A stretch of DNA of 64,000 bases from Fistulifera solaris (GCA_030295235.1 AP026125.1:248001-312000); one strand, 5' to 3'; positions 24,265 to 38,724 are shown, counted from the stretch's first letter. The notes: generated by a model from the sequence alone, not told the origin. Made by a program: numbers and translations.

Positions 24265-24336
24265 TAGCACTGCAAGGTTTCGATCCTTGGACCTCTGGGT
24301 TATGAGCCCAGCACGCTTCCTCTGCGCCACAGTGCT
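24265..24336 (-). tRNA. Initiator tRNA-Met (CAU)
   Basis: Reverse complement AGCACTGTGGCGCAGAGGAAGCGTGCTGGGCTCATAACCCAGAGGTCCAAGGATCGAAACCTTGCAGTGCTA has an A1:U72 pair, a GGG/CCC anticodon stem and the eukaryotic initiator T-loop GATCGAAA. Confidence 0.97.
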
Positions 24337-24672
24337 ATTAGCCAATGTGTCTGAATTTTATGTACAAGAATCTGTTGTGCGTAAAAAGGCGGGAACGTGA
24401 AAACTTGCGGAGCCAGGTCGAATGCACGTGTATACGGAGTAACAAACATCAGCTGCAACATCACACCTTCATCTAAGCGTCGTGAGACATTCCTTTCCTT
24501 ACACAACGAAACCCGTCTTTCGACGCATTCAAAGCTAAATATCGCTTTCGCTCTGTCTCGCGCATTCAGCTAGCTTTTTTCGTTTGCAAAAGGCGCGAGC
24601 TGCGGGGAGGCGAGACGTGGGGGCATTGCGGATTCTAGCATCTTATATTCTTCTTGTATTCGCGTTGCAAGC

Positions 24673-27600
24673 ATGAAGGCTTCTATCGCATTCTCTGCCT
24701 TGATCTTTTGCTTCAAAGCTGATTGCATTCGTTCCGAAAATAATGCCGTTGTACGATCTGTCAATCAGCATGTCTTACTACAAGTAAAGACGAACGTACT
24801 GCTTCAAATCGACAACTCGATATCGCACGGCGAGCATATTGATTCGAATTCGATTCCTTTGCAGTGGGTTCTCCAAGTGGATGAGCTTCGTTTTGACTCG
24901 ACATCATTGGGAGCTTCAGAAGACTCCATACGGCTTGACGAACGCATCCTGGATGTGCAATGGCAAGACGGCGGGGCGGGAACTGCAGCTTATTCGTTAC
25001 TCCTTCCCTTGGAAAATTCGACGCGGCGCAGCAACCGCCCTCTTTTAATTGCTATATGGGAAAGAGATTTAGAGACGAAAAGCCGACGATTCCTCTCGCA
25101 GCATTTGACCCACGTCCCGAGAACAGCACCGCTGCCAGGGATTCCGTCCGATCAAGATTATTCCTGGAAACCGAATACCGTCGTTGAAATGAATATCAAA
25201 TCGCGGTATAGCAGCATTGACACCCGATCGTCAAAGAATTACGAAACGGGAAGCTCTACAAACTACGGATTTTGGGCTTTTGTTGTGGCGTCTGTCTACG
25301 GCTTATTTTATCTCCGGAGAGACACGCGGGCCATGCTAGTGTCACGACGATCGACTGATGAAAATGTGGAGCTTGATAACGAGTGTGAGGAAGCCGAGAA
25401 TAGCAATGATGAGGCGGATGAGGAAATGAGCTTGAACGCTGACAGCAACGACCGCGACGACGACGAACGTTCTCTATCCCCCGCTTTCGTTCTCCTTCGT
25501 AGCAGCGCAATTACTTCGGACGAGAGTGACGAAGAAGAGGAAGAAGACCTGAATTTAGAGCGCCCTCCCAGTATGGAACGACATCTTATAAAGTCTTTCC
25601 TTGAAAAAGGATTTCCGTTCGAGGATGCGTTGGAGAAAGCTACTGAGAAGTATCTCATGGAGAAAAACAGCCGCACAGAGAATCCTGTACCTCCTGTAAA
25701 TGAAAGGACACATCCTTTGGAATATAATGATGTTTTGCGCGCTACGCCAGACGGCGCATCGGGGATGAACACAACCAGTTGTGAATCTGTTGGCGCCCCG
25801 GACACCCTTAGAGTTTGTCCAACGATGTCAAATCCGAAATGCTCTGATGTCCCAGACGCCGGCGATGCATCCGGTTCTTCCCGTATCATGCAGAAAATGT
25901 TGAAAGAAGCATCGTCGGGAGAAGGGGTATGCCAAGAAATTCGTGTTAACGACGTGAAAAGAAGCCCTGGGACAATTAGAGAAGGCGTGATTAACGTCGA
26001 AACGAGTGGTGGCGAACCAATGTCTTTGGTGGAGTCTAAGAACAGCCCCGCAACGGTCGCTTTGGCAAGTAAGCCACGGAAAAAGCGACCGAGGACACTG
26101 ATTTCATCGGAACGAAAAAATGTGCTGAGTCGGACAGCGTTCACACATGCGTCGGGTCGCAATCTCAATGTGGAAGTAACTGGAATTTCGTTCCCCCGAA
26201 GAGCTTCGCAGATAAAGCTTGTAAAAGAGCGAAGAGCGCTCCAAGTGACGAGGAATACGGTGGCTATCAATCAGAACCGATCGCCAGAGCTAAGATATAT
26301 TGTCACAGCGATGCGGAAGATGATGCCAGAGTCGTCGCAGAAGCATCATCAATGGCTTCAGCCGGTCTTTTGAACATACTCAGGACGAAACTACACACGA
26401 TAATGCTACTGGCAAAGGGTCAACGAGCGCGTCGCTTGATTCGGGAGTGCAGGAAAACACCGCATGTGAAGAGGAAGACGGCGTATCGCCATCATCGCTA
26501 GTTGTAATCGGTCCACTTAATGTAACTCTGACCGAAGCGACACGTTGCCAGGCGCTCGATGAACGCTCAGCGAATGAGTCAGCAGATGATCCACAAAAGG
26601 TAATAAAGTCATCTTCTTTCTCAATAGCTGCAGCCGTTCCACTCGAAAATTGTACTCGACCTACAGATAGCGATTCTCTCGATGAAGACCCAGCACAGGA
26701 CGATAAAGAAGATGAAAAAGAGCATCTGCTACTAGCACCAGCTGGGCCACTGCAACTTGATCAGACCGAAGCAGCACATAGCGATATTCTCGATAAAGAT
26801 TCACCAGATGCTTCGCTTGAAAGCGGAGTGCAGGACGATGCGGTATACGGCGATGGATTTGTCGTAATACCACCGTCGATGGCTGCAATCGAGCTACATA
26901 AAGAGGGAAGGACCGAAGCTACGCGAAGTGATTCTAGTGGTAACGTTTCGGCACCTGCATTGTTTGACAAAGACCAGGATGATACAACAGATTCCTGTCT
27001 CGCCTCTGGTAACGAACTATACACTTTGCAGTCGGCTGACGACAAAACGAATGAAATGCAATCGACTACCCATCAACCGCGTACATGCTTAGTTGATAAG
27101 CCACAAGCTCGTTTCTCCGCTCCTGACCCACCGTCAGTACGCGTTGACCAGGTAGAAAGGACTCCACGAGCTAGTGACGACGAATCGGACAAACTGAGTG
27201 ATGCAGAGAGAACTTTTTACATTCCGGACAAGATCTCAGCTGTCCAGTCAAAAGCTCCTTGTTCTGCTCTTTTGGGCGCAGAGCCAGTGCACGTTGATCA
27301 GGTTGTAAGCGCTCTGCCTGCCGAGGACAGAGTTTTACCGGATTCCCCTTATGTATCAACCCTTCCTCCAGACTCCTGCTCGTCGTATTCTGATTCATCA
27401 GTCGATACTGTTCGTAGCAACGGTCGCGTAGAGTATGCCAAAGTAATGCTGGAAAAATCGGCCGAGTTGAAGTCTGTAGCTGGGGATGATATTTTGGCAG
27501 AGTTCGTCCCATCGGCGGCTTTGAGAACGGCTGCTATGGCAATGAGAGACTTCAGCTTTGAGTTTGAAGGCAAAGGAAGCCGAGCGAAGCCTTTGACTTT

Positions 27601-28048
27601 AAAAGAGCTCAATGACAACAAAAAGCCGAAACGATCAACGCGTGCAAGATCTGACAGCTTCGGGCCTTCGAAATCACAAGCTGTCGCGACTCGACAGGCT
27701 CGTACAGACCGCGGCCCTTCCCATTTTGTATCTCCTAATCCGACTGTACAGGGGCTAATGGATGTCACGGGAGACAACACACCAGCATTGAAAAACTTAA
27801 TGTCGCCGCCCACCACCAAGCCATTGCGACCGAAGACAACTGATCCTTCTACCTTGCAAACATTCAAAGTGGATGCATCGAAAAAACGAAGAATTACGTT
27901 TGACGGGAAGCCGGTTGAATTGAGCAAGAAGATGAAGCACGTCCCATCCGACGAAGCCTTTGACTACAAGGATGATGCCGAGGATCCTTTTGCTGACAAG
28001 GATGAATTTCCGCGACCGGAAGCAACTCGACCTCCGACCATTCGCTGA
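24673..28048 (+). CDS. Large acidic low-complexity protein with signal peptide and single TM; frameshifts near 26190-26370
   Basis: ORFs 24673-26373 and 26447-28048; signal peptide MKASIAFSALIFCFKADC; TM YGFWAFVVASVYGLFYL. Confidence 0.6.
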
Positions 28049-28204
28049 AAACGTGTCTTTCTTGTAAACTAGAAGAGATGGTTCGCAAATAACGTGTAGG
28101 TCTTTATCAGCAAATATATCTACAATCGAAGCAGCGTCGATGCCTCTTCAATTCGAGCTACGTTCCAGAGGTTTTGATCGAGTTCTAACTGCTCCTCAGC
28201 CCGA

Positions 28205-28501
28205 TTAATTTCCAAGTGGATTCTTTCCCATGGATACTAGAGTTTCGTTTAGCACTAGTCGTACTTGCTTGATATCGGCGCTCAAGCGTTGCATTTCGTT
28301 TTGCAGCTCCATCATTTTCGCATCTTTAGGAGCAAAGCTCTCTTCTTCCGAAAGCTGTCCCTTCAATTGATTGAGAATGTCTCCCTTATAATCTTGAACC
28401 ATTAGATTGTGAAAAATCAAAACGATCAGGAGCGTCACAATCACGCTCCTAGGTCCGCAATTTCGAGCGGCAAGTCGTCGTGACATCTCCAGTAGCTGCA
28501 T
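28205..28501 (-). CDS. Small membrane-anchored coiled-coil protein
   Basis: TM 'VIVTLLIVLIFHNLMV' followed by a heptad-like region. Confidence 0.5.
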   Translation of the reverse strand: MQLLEMSRRLAARNCGPRSVIVTLLIVLIFHNLMVQDYKGDILNQLKGQLSEEESFAPKDAKMMELQNEMQRLSADIKQVRLVLNETLVSMGKNPLGN

Positions 28502-28868
28502 TTCCGGAGGAATGGTTTCATCGTTTCATTTGTCGTATTTTCTTTTCCGACATCGATTATAACAATCTCTTGTCGCGACGCGAGCGCATGAAAAAAATAA
28601 GAAGTTGCAAAGATCTCGGCTTGCTTATACAAATCATAGCGGTACTGATTTAAGTACTAAAATTTATGAGAGAAGAACTGCACCTAACCTTCTAAGTAAC
28701 GGTACCCCGCTCTCACAATTTCGGTGCTAAAAATTCGCTTTTTTTGTTCCGATGCCCGCACTCGAGAAACTTCGTCATAAAAGCGCAATTTATTCGATCT
28801 GTATCCCTTCCAGTTACGTTCACAAAGGAAAATTTTAAAGATCTGTTATTCATAATTGCGTCGGGAAA

Positions 28869-29731
28869 ATGTTTGCGATGTACAATCGCCGTCCGATGAC
28901 GATCATCGCTGGGAGAGCGACTTATCCAAAACTTCCGGCAGGAACCGCGAAGATGATCCGTCCCAAGTTTGCTTCGACACACGCTACTCCCCGCCAAGGT
29001 TTCGTGGCTTGGTACGAAGGTCATTTGGAAGCTCGTCCGGTCGTGACCAAAATGGTGACGGGTTGCTTTCTGTGGGGCATCGGTGATGCGGTGGGTCAAG
29101 TGGTTCCTCAGTGGGCTTCGTCAGAGAAAAAGGACGACATGCACTATGATCTTCCCCGAACCGTCCGAGCGGCTTTCTTTGGTTTCGCATTACATGCACC
29201 GACCAGTCATGCACATTTCAACTTTTTGGAGTGGATGACGCAACGAGCTGGCATTACCGGATACGCCATTCCGTTTTTCAAAGCATTCATGGAACAGGTG
29301 AGTGGAAAAAGATCCCTTTAGGAGCGGCATTCGTCAGTTGGAGCTCACGTCTGTTATTGTAGTTTGTCTACTGGAGTTGGATCTCGAATTCGCTGTATCA
29401 CGGTGCCATGGCCGCGTTACAAGGTTACTCGCCGGCCGAATGTTACCAACGCATTGAAGATAATTTGTGGGATACACAGATCGCTCAATGGAGTTTTTGG
29501 ATCCCGATTCAGCTTCTCAACTTCCAATTCACCCCCGTGCGACATCAACTCAACGTTGTGCTCGTCACTTCCATTGTAAGTTCTCTATTCGGATGGGCAA
29601 TTTAGAATATTTCTTAAGCTCACACTTTTGTTTAGGTTTGGACGGCACTTCTCTCCATGTGGTACCCACCGGAGTCGGGCAAAAGCAAGAACACCAATGA
29701 AAGTGACGAGAAAGACGAGAAGTCTGTTTGA
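28869..29731 (+). CDS. Mpv17/PMP22 family membrane protein; introns 29298-29362 and 29576-29635
   Basis: WYEGHLEARPVVTKMVT..IGDAVGQ; DLPRTVR; WSFWIPIQLLNFQFTPVRHQ..SI|VWTALLS. The introns keep the frame. Confidence 0.9.
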
Positions 29732-29815
29732 AATCATTCTAGTTGAATTTTTTTAAAGTTTCAATCATTTTGGAATCCTTTCTTTAACATTTCGCGCTTA
29801 AACACTCTTCTTTCC

Positions 29816-32800
29816 TTATGTGCTGGATCCTCTCCACTCATAGAAACCTTTGAAACGTGACTCCTCTTCAACAACTGCCCAGAAAACTTTAGCAAACGCC
29901 TCATAATCATCGAATTTCGGTAGATAGAGTCTCCGCGCGCAGGTGTTGGCTCTAGGGAGGCATGTTGGGTCATGCACTGGCAAGAATTCGCCACTCGGGG
30001 ATACTATCGGCACGATTTCAATACGCCCTGGTGTAACGATCGGAACACTAGTAACGAACGACAAAAACTGCCGCCGTTGCTTCGGTTTGGCTTCAAGCAA
30101 TGCTTTCACCAAAAAAGAGATTGTCGGGGATGACTGTCCGAATCGACGACTCAATGCAGCTCCGCCTTCACCCCCTATCGCTGCGACGGCGACAAGTGCC
30201 TCGGTCGCTCCTTTTCCTCCTTGATAAATCGGCAATGCGTAAGTATTTTCAGGCTACGAAACTCGCACTTCATATCCAGCCTTCACTTACCATTTAACTT
30301 GAAAAGCTTGCGGATAGCGCCTTCATCCCAATCATCCACATTGTCTCCAGCTCCACAGACGTCACGTTGAAGCTCTTCCGAAGTGAAAATGCACAAGAAC
30401 TGAAACGGAAAAAGTCTTGAATTCCCTGTCTGAATGCAGCTGCTTGCGTGACAACGCCGTCGGACAGCATAAAGTTCTTCGAGAGAGCTACCCATTCTCT
30501 GATATTGTAGATCGTAACGGCCTTTTGTGTCCTCTGTGGCAAAGACGAACAGCTTCATCACCTTGCGCTGGGTCCAAAGGGTCCACGAACGTTCTGTCTT
30601 GAAAATATTCTTCGAACGAGCAATCGTAAGACATTCCAAAAGCAAGTCTTGCAAAGTTCTTGTCCTCAGCTAGCTCTCTGTATCGACGCTGCAGCTCTAC
30701 GCTGGTTAAGGGTGGCTCACAACTATCGAGATCGTCCAACGCTCGACAGATGTGTAAATCGGCTGCATACACTTCGCCTCCTAAAAAAGCCAGGTCGAGG
30801 GAGATCTGCTGCTGTGAGCAAATTAGTACGCGAGGGTAAGTCCGAGAATTCAAAAATTTCTTCAATGGGTGCGTATTGCACCAAGCGCAAAAAGGAAGCA
30901 CTAATTGGTAAGGGAAACATGAATCCATCCCTCATCGCAGCTGCAAATAAGCGCCCCATAAACCGGAACGCCTGTTGTACCTCGGGAAGTCGGGGGTGAT
31001 AGCTAGGAAGAGGCCTTGGGTAAACCCCAAGACAGCTACGTAAGTCGGCCCTTGGTGTTGGAATGATTACTTGACCACTGGCATCCATATCAGGAATCCA
31101 AAGCGGCAGTCTGGTTGTTTCGCTATCTGCTTCCCCGAATAAACAAGATTTCTTTATATTCGCAACATCTTCAGAAATTGCGTCGCACTTCGACGACGGT
31201 AAAACGCTCGCAATTGTTTCGCTACTTAATAATGCCTCAGCAACGTCAGCGTAGAAGCCTCGCGTGACACCAGCCTCGTCACCAGAAGCGGCGTCAAATC
31301 CTGATTCACCGGCAAATCGGACTTCGAGACGACGCCTATTAATCTTAGAATCAGTGGCATACTTTTCCATTACGTGGGCGGCGTCCGATAGAAGCTTCTC
31401 TCGTCTAACGGCTGCTTTGACAACTTCTAAAGAGTGTTCCTGCCATTTTGCTGACCGAAAAGCAGATCTCACTCGCGCCGCAAGAGCCTCTTCCATTCCG
31501 TATAGTTCATCGGCCTGAAGTTGGAGTGCAGTTGGGTCCTCTGCACCACCTGAAAACGCCTCTCCCATCAATTCTACCGCTCGACCTCTCAAAGCTGCCA
31601 TTCGCTGGCGTAGTTTCCCGACGTCGATTTTACTTTCTTGCTGCTTGAGGATGCCTCGTGATACGCCAAAGGCGGCTCGTCGGAGTAACAGCTGTCTAGA
31701 GGCGTAGCTGAAAACACGGGGTGAAAAGGACGGACCATATACGCACCATCTCGGAAGAGCGCCGCCCACGACACAAAGGGCATCATCCAATTGGCTTGAC
31801 AGTTTTTTCGATAGCGTCGGATTTGCGAATCTGGGGATACTCGGTCTATCTAAATCAGAACCTTCGGATGTATCGCTTATGTGCTGAGCTAAAACTCCGA
31901 TAATTTCCATGCATTGCAAGCAAATAGTGTCAAAGCCATTACAACGATTTCCGCTCTTTGTTTCAGCTTCCAGCGAAGGGGATCGTGCAGACATTTTTCG
32001 ACTTCTGGATGTACGGTCGGGTGACCAAGCCATATTTTCATCAAATTCAGGCTCTCTTGGTCTCTCGTACGAAGGCGTTGTCGTTGGCGGTGGTAACGGC
32101 ACGGACGATGAAGCTTTTGGCCAATAAGTCGCTGTAGACGGATCGTACTCGATGTGCACTGTGAAGTCCAACTTGCACAATGAGTATGTAGGCCAATCCA
32201 TCCCCTTTGTCTGGTTCAAAGTAACCAACGTTTGTGCAAGGGAATCTGATCTAGTCGTCACGATAGAAGGGTGTCCCATCTTATCCTTGGCTGTGATCAT
32301 CACTGATATTTTGGGAGGATTCTCGACGGTAGATGCATCACCAAAAGAGTTACGGTCATCAAGCCAATCTCACATGACCACCACCGATCTCCAACTCCGC
32401 TCGCTCGATCAGTGTCTGTTTCATTCGAAACTACATCCGGTATTTTGATGTCGAGTGGGCGGAGATTAGAACTAAGCGAAATGGCGGACCAAGTTCTTCT
32501 CAAACAAGTTTTTCGAGGCGCAGCAACAGGATTCTCCACACTTCGCCGCCGTACTGCAAAAGGAAATGGGAGCCCTCTTCTGAGTGATGCTCTGTTATTG
32601 ATTTGTCCGGCGTCATGTTGGTCAGTGGGGCTCTCGCGGTCTTGAAAATGAATTTCTGTTGCCGGAACATTTTTGATCACAACACCGTCATCTGATACTA
32701 GAAGTGCATGAAGGTTCTTTTCTGTAGAAGAGGCAGAATCAACGTCGATGCCAATTAGTGTCAATACTTGAACGTCGCCTCCACCAACCGGGATCCGCTC

Positions 32801-35800
32801 TACGCGTTGTCCGATTATCGCACTCAAATCCGACTCGCTAACCTCTGAAGTATCATTGTTCATATTGTCAATGTGATGAGAGTAACAGGCTTTCGGTGCT
32901 TGCTTCGTGTGAGTAAGGATGTTTCTTTTGATCACAACAAATTCTCTCATCGCCAAAATCAGATCGACGTGTGCTTCATCAAAATGACCTCGTCCTCTAA
33001 CAAGGACGTGTTCAGTACTGCTTCTTCGCCGAGTGACTTCGCAGAGAGCTGACAAGCATATCGCAATGAATGAGCTCCTGTCTTCTCGTCGAAAGCAGTA
33101 ATCCTTGCTATTCGCCAAGAGTTCGAGGACAACAGCCGGGATCTTTCAACAATGATGGCTGCATCGGTAACAAGACTTTTGAAAAGAAGATCGCACAGTT
33201 AGAGAGATAAATCAAATATACATTGCGGCGCACACTCTCTTACCTTCTGCAATAGCTGACGTATGTGGAATCACTAATCCTTGAAGATCTCAAAATTTGC
33301 ATTTCAACATCCAACATTGATATGAGAGGTTCGGCAAAAACGACAAGCCTTCTTTCGCCTGATTTTCTCTTTTGATTTGAATTTCAATTGCTTTTGTGAG
33401 CGCATGTAAATCACTACGTCCTTTGTCACCTCCGGCTACGTCAAGAGTTTGGGATGATGTAGAAACTTGCTTAACATTCTCGTACAGTGTAAGCACTTGG
33501 TGGATCCTGCGAAGTAACTCACTTCCGAGAGTGGAATACGATATTTCCTTCGAGGAACCAAGTGCTCGACTTTGCACATCTCTGGCCACCTCAGAACACT
33601 GTGGGTCTAAAGAAGGCAAATCCAGAAGAAGAGCAATAGATTCCCTACAAAAGTCAAATAGGTCACCAGGAAACGTTTTCGAATCCTTCGAGCATCGTGG
33701 CTTCTTTGTCTTGCGGCCAGGATTGGCAGCGGTAGACGTGTCGTTTTTGTGCGATGGCTTACCGGTGAGCGACTCGTGTAGCGCCGGTAAGACAAGACAA
33801 AGAAACTGATAAAACGTTACTCTTCCACGACCCTGAAGAAGAGCGCCAAGCTCTTTTACGGCTTCAACATCACGTTGAAGCAATTTCGAAACAACTGCAT
33901 TGAGTGGAGTTAAAACGTCCTCCTTAGCCATTTCCTCAACAACATCACCATGTGGAAAGTCGGCCAGTTTTTCTTCAACCTCAGAATCAGTCACATCCTC
34001 CGATGCCATCCTCAACACTTCACGAGCCAGCTGTCGAATGGCATTGCCTTTGATAAGTCCACTATCGGACTTATCGGTACACTCCTCGCATGCATCCCAG
34101 TCACACTCGCGGCAGCCGTGCATGGGCATTCCTCTCTCTACACCATTACCGCAGATGTCACACCTGAACGACGAATGCCGTGTTATGTGAAGCATTGCTG
34201 TGTGTTTTTTCGGGCACGTAACAACACCAACCTCTGCACACTTCTTTGGTGACATTGTGTCTGTAATTGAGTCGCACTTAGTCTCAGTTGAAACGTCAAG
34301 ACCAGAGGCGAAGTCTCTTGAAAGGATCTCTGAAATCCGATTTGTTGCCAGCGAATCGTGCAAAGAAACTAGCTCGTTAAATCCATATCGATCAATTAAC
34401 GAGCTGCTTCGAAGTTGTGGAAAATTTGCAAGAAATACTTTGTACATCACAAGTCCAGCAGCAGTGTCTGATAAATCTTTGCTGGAAAGATAATCTTCCA
34501 ACAAAAGAAAAAAAAGAAATAGCGCTCTCCTCATTACTGAACAACGTCTCGCCTAAGACCGAGACAGGGAGCAAGCGTAAAACACCACCTGGAATAAGGG
34601 ATTGCATTCCATCGTCTAGGGGGACTCTACCACTACGATCTGCTTCATCGTTCGCTTCGTTAACACCTTCTGTATTCTTCGGCAATTTTTGTGCACGCTG
34701 AAGAGCTTCAAGCATAAGATCACCAGCTAATATCCGGCTGACCACCTGATTGCAAACAGCTGTACGAGGTGATGGGTTCCGGCGCGTAGAAAGTCCAAGA
34801 GATATCAGTTTTTTCACGACAGACGCGACGAAATCTCCGGCCGCCTCTCGCATTTGACGGTCCAATTCATTTTGTCTTTCTTTGGCTTTTCTTAGTATTT
34901 CCAAAACCTCATGCGAGCATTTTTCAGTCGCAATAGAATCGGAAGCGTACGAGCTATATTGCAAAAGTACAGACAAAGTCTCGGGTTGGTTCGTGTATGC
35001 GGCATTTCGAAGTTCGGCAGGACCAACTGGAGCACCAAACGCGATAAGAACTCGAATGATAGCTGGGCTACATCCCAATAGGATAGCCAGCCGCAGTACA
35101 GGCATGCCATCTTCGTCGACCGCATTCCGTAAAAAGACTTTAGATGAGCCTTGCAAAGGCGTCTTCTTTGATTGGTAGGAATCTAATAAGGCTTGTGTCC
35201 ACTCCTTGTTGTCAACGAGCAGCCCGCAGGCAATGAGTTGCCTAGAAAACAGAAACAGAGACGGACTGCTTTGTCTGAGATTACAACTCGCACCCTCGGC
35301 GAGAATACCGCGACAGCGTAACAGATAGTCCAACGCAGACATCTCCATGGGTGTGGTAGTAGTCTCCGGCTGACTTCCTTCTTCCTGAGAACGTATCGAC
35401 CCCCAAACCTCTCCCATATTTCTTTGGTTTTCAACTGAGGAACCGAAAACAAATGAACGCGAGCCACCAAACGGGCGACCCACGTCCATATCCATAAATC
35501 GCCGACGGTCGTTTAAATTATTGGTAGAGCTGCCTCCATGATATTGGTCACTGCGCGACAAAAGAACCGACAACATTCCGCGACGCTGGCGAAGCGATGC
35601 ATCAACGATGTCCATACTAGATGCCATATCATTAATATTTTCGCCTCTAGAAGCAGACACAACACGAACTGCATCGTCATTTCCTTGAAAGGTTAACTGT
35701 TGCGACGAAAAGTGGCCGTGGTCTGTAGATTCCGACTCGTTGTCCATATCCTCGTTCTCGGAGCTGTCACAATCAACCTCCGAGTCGTCACTATAGAGCT

Positions 35801-38724
35801 TTTCTGATATTGTTTTCATTAGCACTCCAATAGCAGTGATCTTGTCAGCCAAGTCTTCACGCGGTTCAAGGCTAATAGATTGCTTTGTAGCAAGATCAAC
35901 TGCTGACAGAACTGCTCCGGGCAGACCAGCGCCAAAGAGACCCGGTAAAATGTCGGAATTCTTTCTGCACTCCCTGGCTATCAGTTCAATCGCAGACTGT
36001 TCCAGTCGACCTACGGCCGAAATTTCGCTCGTAAGTTTTTTCTCCAATAGGGGAAACTACGGAAAGCGTAGGTTCACCTCCTTCATCGAAGCCGTCCACG
36101 GATTTAGCTGTATCATTGGCAACTATATGGTCTCGGAAGTGTATCGCTGAAGAGTGAACAAGCTTACTCGTCCGTACTCGTCGAACAAAGAGGGCATGAG
36201 CCTGATCTGACGAAGCTGAAACAGAAAGCTTTAATCCGACGCTCTGTGCAAAGGCCCCTCCTACGAACTCTATCAACACCGTACCCGAATCACGACTATG
36301 CGGAGTACAAGGCGTCCTCGACGAGTGCGATTCCGGAACAACGCGACCACACCAAATTCCTGTGGTTGCATTTATATTTGCTTCGTCCCTTGCTTTCTTC
36401 GGAACGACAACATCTCCATTGAGCCACGACGACGTACTGACTTGTCTTCCCTCCATAGATTCTAGCGTTTCTGCGTCGTAGCCATGAACACGAAGCAACC
36501 CGGATAGAAACCAAATTGCAGCTGAATCTATGAGACCAGATCGCTCAGATATGACAGCTTGAGGCTGATACCACCACCTTCGTCCACTATGAAGTACTCT
36601 TATAGATCGTCTACAATATATATAATCATCAGATAAATGCATACATGAATGCCAATGCCCCAGAACGCCAAACCGTGTACTCACCTTTCTCCAGTTAGTC
36701 CGCGTTGTATTTCGATGACAGATCCTCGATCACCAGGTTGCAGAGGCCCATTTGCCGAATCACCTAACTTTTCAAACCCCTCCACCAGTTCAACCTTATC
36801 TCCTACCTACGAAGAAAATTTTTTATATATACTCAATATGGAAAATGGAATCCACAGCCAGTTTGAGTGCACTTACCTCGCATAAAGATTCATTTGAGGA
36901 TGTGATGCTCCGAGTCAAATCATTTTCAGAGGCATCGGCAGCTACCACTTGATTAACAACGCTAAGAAAATGGTGAAATTCAATTTTTCCCGCGTTTTTA
37001 TCAACGTCGTCGAGAACATCGTTTAACGTAGACAGCCGTAACCCACATCGATACCACAGGCGATGCGCCATCACAAAGGATATTTGAACCTCAGAATGTT
37101 CCGTATACATGAGAAAAATGTCGTAAAGAATGTCCTTTACTTCTTTGGTCAACTCGCAATTTTGAATGAAGCGCAATCGCTTCTGCATAACTTTCTGCCG
37201 AATGGCTTCTTCTCTTCCTTGTTGACTCCGCAAGCGATCCGAAACAACAACCTGCAGTCTATGAAAATTGTCAGTATGCGCTCGAAAAACAGGGTCGTCA
37301 TAAAGATCATACTTACAAAGACAAAGGATCCTGGCCGATGCCAGTAATTGCAACTGAAGCACCTGAATTGAATGGCACTGCGACGGGGTAGAGCTCTACG
37401 GAAGGAGGCAAGTTTGATACCAAAGAGCCCAGTAAGGTTTCATTCCTCCAAAAAGTCAACGTAGATGATTCAAAATCGCATACAATAGTCACGACATCAC
37501 GGCATCCAAATAATACATTTGCGGAATTTAGTGGAAGTCTCTCGGAAGCGAGACTCGACAAAGTTCGCCGTTCCCCAGCTGCCGCTGCTCGGAATGCAGC
37601 AACGGAGGATGAAGTCAAAGACCCTTCACATTTCTGACCCGAGTCCTCAATACCCCAGAAAAACGGTGACTTGTGCAAAGTATTAGGTTCATGATATCCT
37701 GTATATGCAGACGTAGTAACGCCTATCCAATGTCCACCTTCCATGTTACCACCCGCCTCGACAGAAGGAAGATCAAAGGCCACGCGAAATCCAAATGCCC
37801 TCCGTGGGTTCGGCACCGACGCTAGTACCGATTCATCGGCATCTCGAGGAATCGCCGTCTCGGCACGAACCGCTCGACCTTCTCCAGTTACTGCTTGTGA
37901 ATATGCAACATGTTGGGCGTCACCTTCACCTACTTGAATGTGTTCGAACTGCTGATTCCGTCTTCCCCGTGCAGCGACAAGATCCGAGGGAGAAATCCAA
38001 GCTGGGTTATAAGAAGGACCGTTTGAAGTGGCTATTCGCAAAATTAGAGTTGAGTCTGGAGCCGGGGTCCGTGATTGCTGCGTCAATGCCCGCGCCGCTT
38101 CCAGAAGTCTCCTGCCATTGGAGGCAGATGCTAACCTGGCATGCCCCAATAGACGACTATCGAGATCACCTACAGCAGCAACAGCCGCCATATTGTCGAC
38201 CATCGCCTCAAGAAAATCATCGTCTTCATCCAAAGCATCTTCCATGAGAATATCTTCCGCATGGTGATTTCTTCCTCGTGGTGCGAGCCCACGGGCCAGC
38301 CACCAGCTCGTGCAGCATAGGCGGCTCCGTGTCTTCTAAGAATAGAAAAGCCTGTATTTTCAATTAGTTGAAAACAAATTTAGTGCAACAGCAAAAGGAA
38401 TAGAACAGCAAACACAAAAGTCGCTCGTGAAGCAGTTTTGTCGTATCGATTACGATCGATTATGCAAATGTCGATCAATTGCATTTTGTACCGACAAAAT
38501 TCCGCAATGGAGTACCCAGAAGCATGACCTGACCCCCTGCGGACTTGTCTCACGTTTATGGTGCGATCAAGAGTCTTTGCATGAAACATGAACTTACCAG
38601 AATTACTTGTTCCGCAGATGGAGCATGAACTGTCGCTCGGTTGATTGGTGTTACAACCACAAGCTTCACAAGTCCATCTTTCATTCGAAGAAGGATCTTC
38701 CTCTTCGTTCGACTGGTCTTCCAT
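29816..38724 (-). CDS. Giant HECT E3 ubiquitin ligase (UPL3/4-TRIP12-like HECT) with RanBP2 zinc finger, SPRY-like, ankyrin-like and C1/ZZ-like zinc-finger regions; several introns and many frameshifts
   Basis: Chain of minus-strand ORFs: WTCEACG..CSICGT at the N-terminus; SPRY-like 'WIGV..WG..DVVTIVCDFESSTLTFWRN..LYPVA'; 'CDICG..GCRECDWDACEEC'; HECT 'LEVRFAGESG..GVTRGFY', 'FRFMGRLFAAAMRD', 'FLSFVTS' and catalytic 'LPRANTCARRLYLP'. Confidence 0.85.

Noticed and set aside
25308..26270. 320-aa antisense ORF
   Set aside because: Ser/Leu/Phe-rich mirror of the acidic sense ORF, with no recognisable motifs.
26371..26446. TGA read-through or selenocysteine between adjacent ORFs
   Set aside because: The downstream ORF is in a different frame; better explained by indels, and no SECIS was seen.
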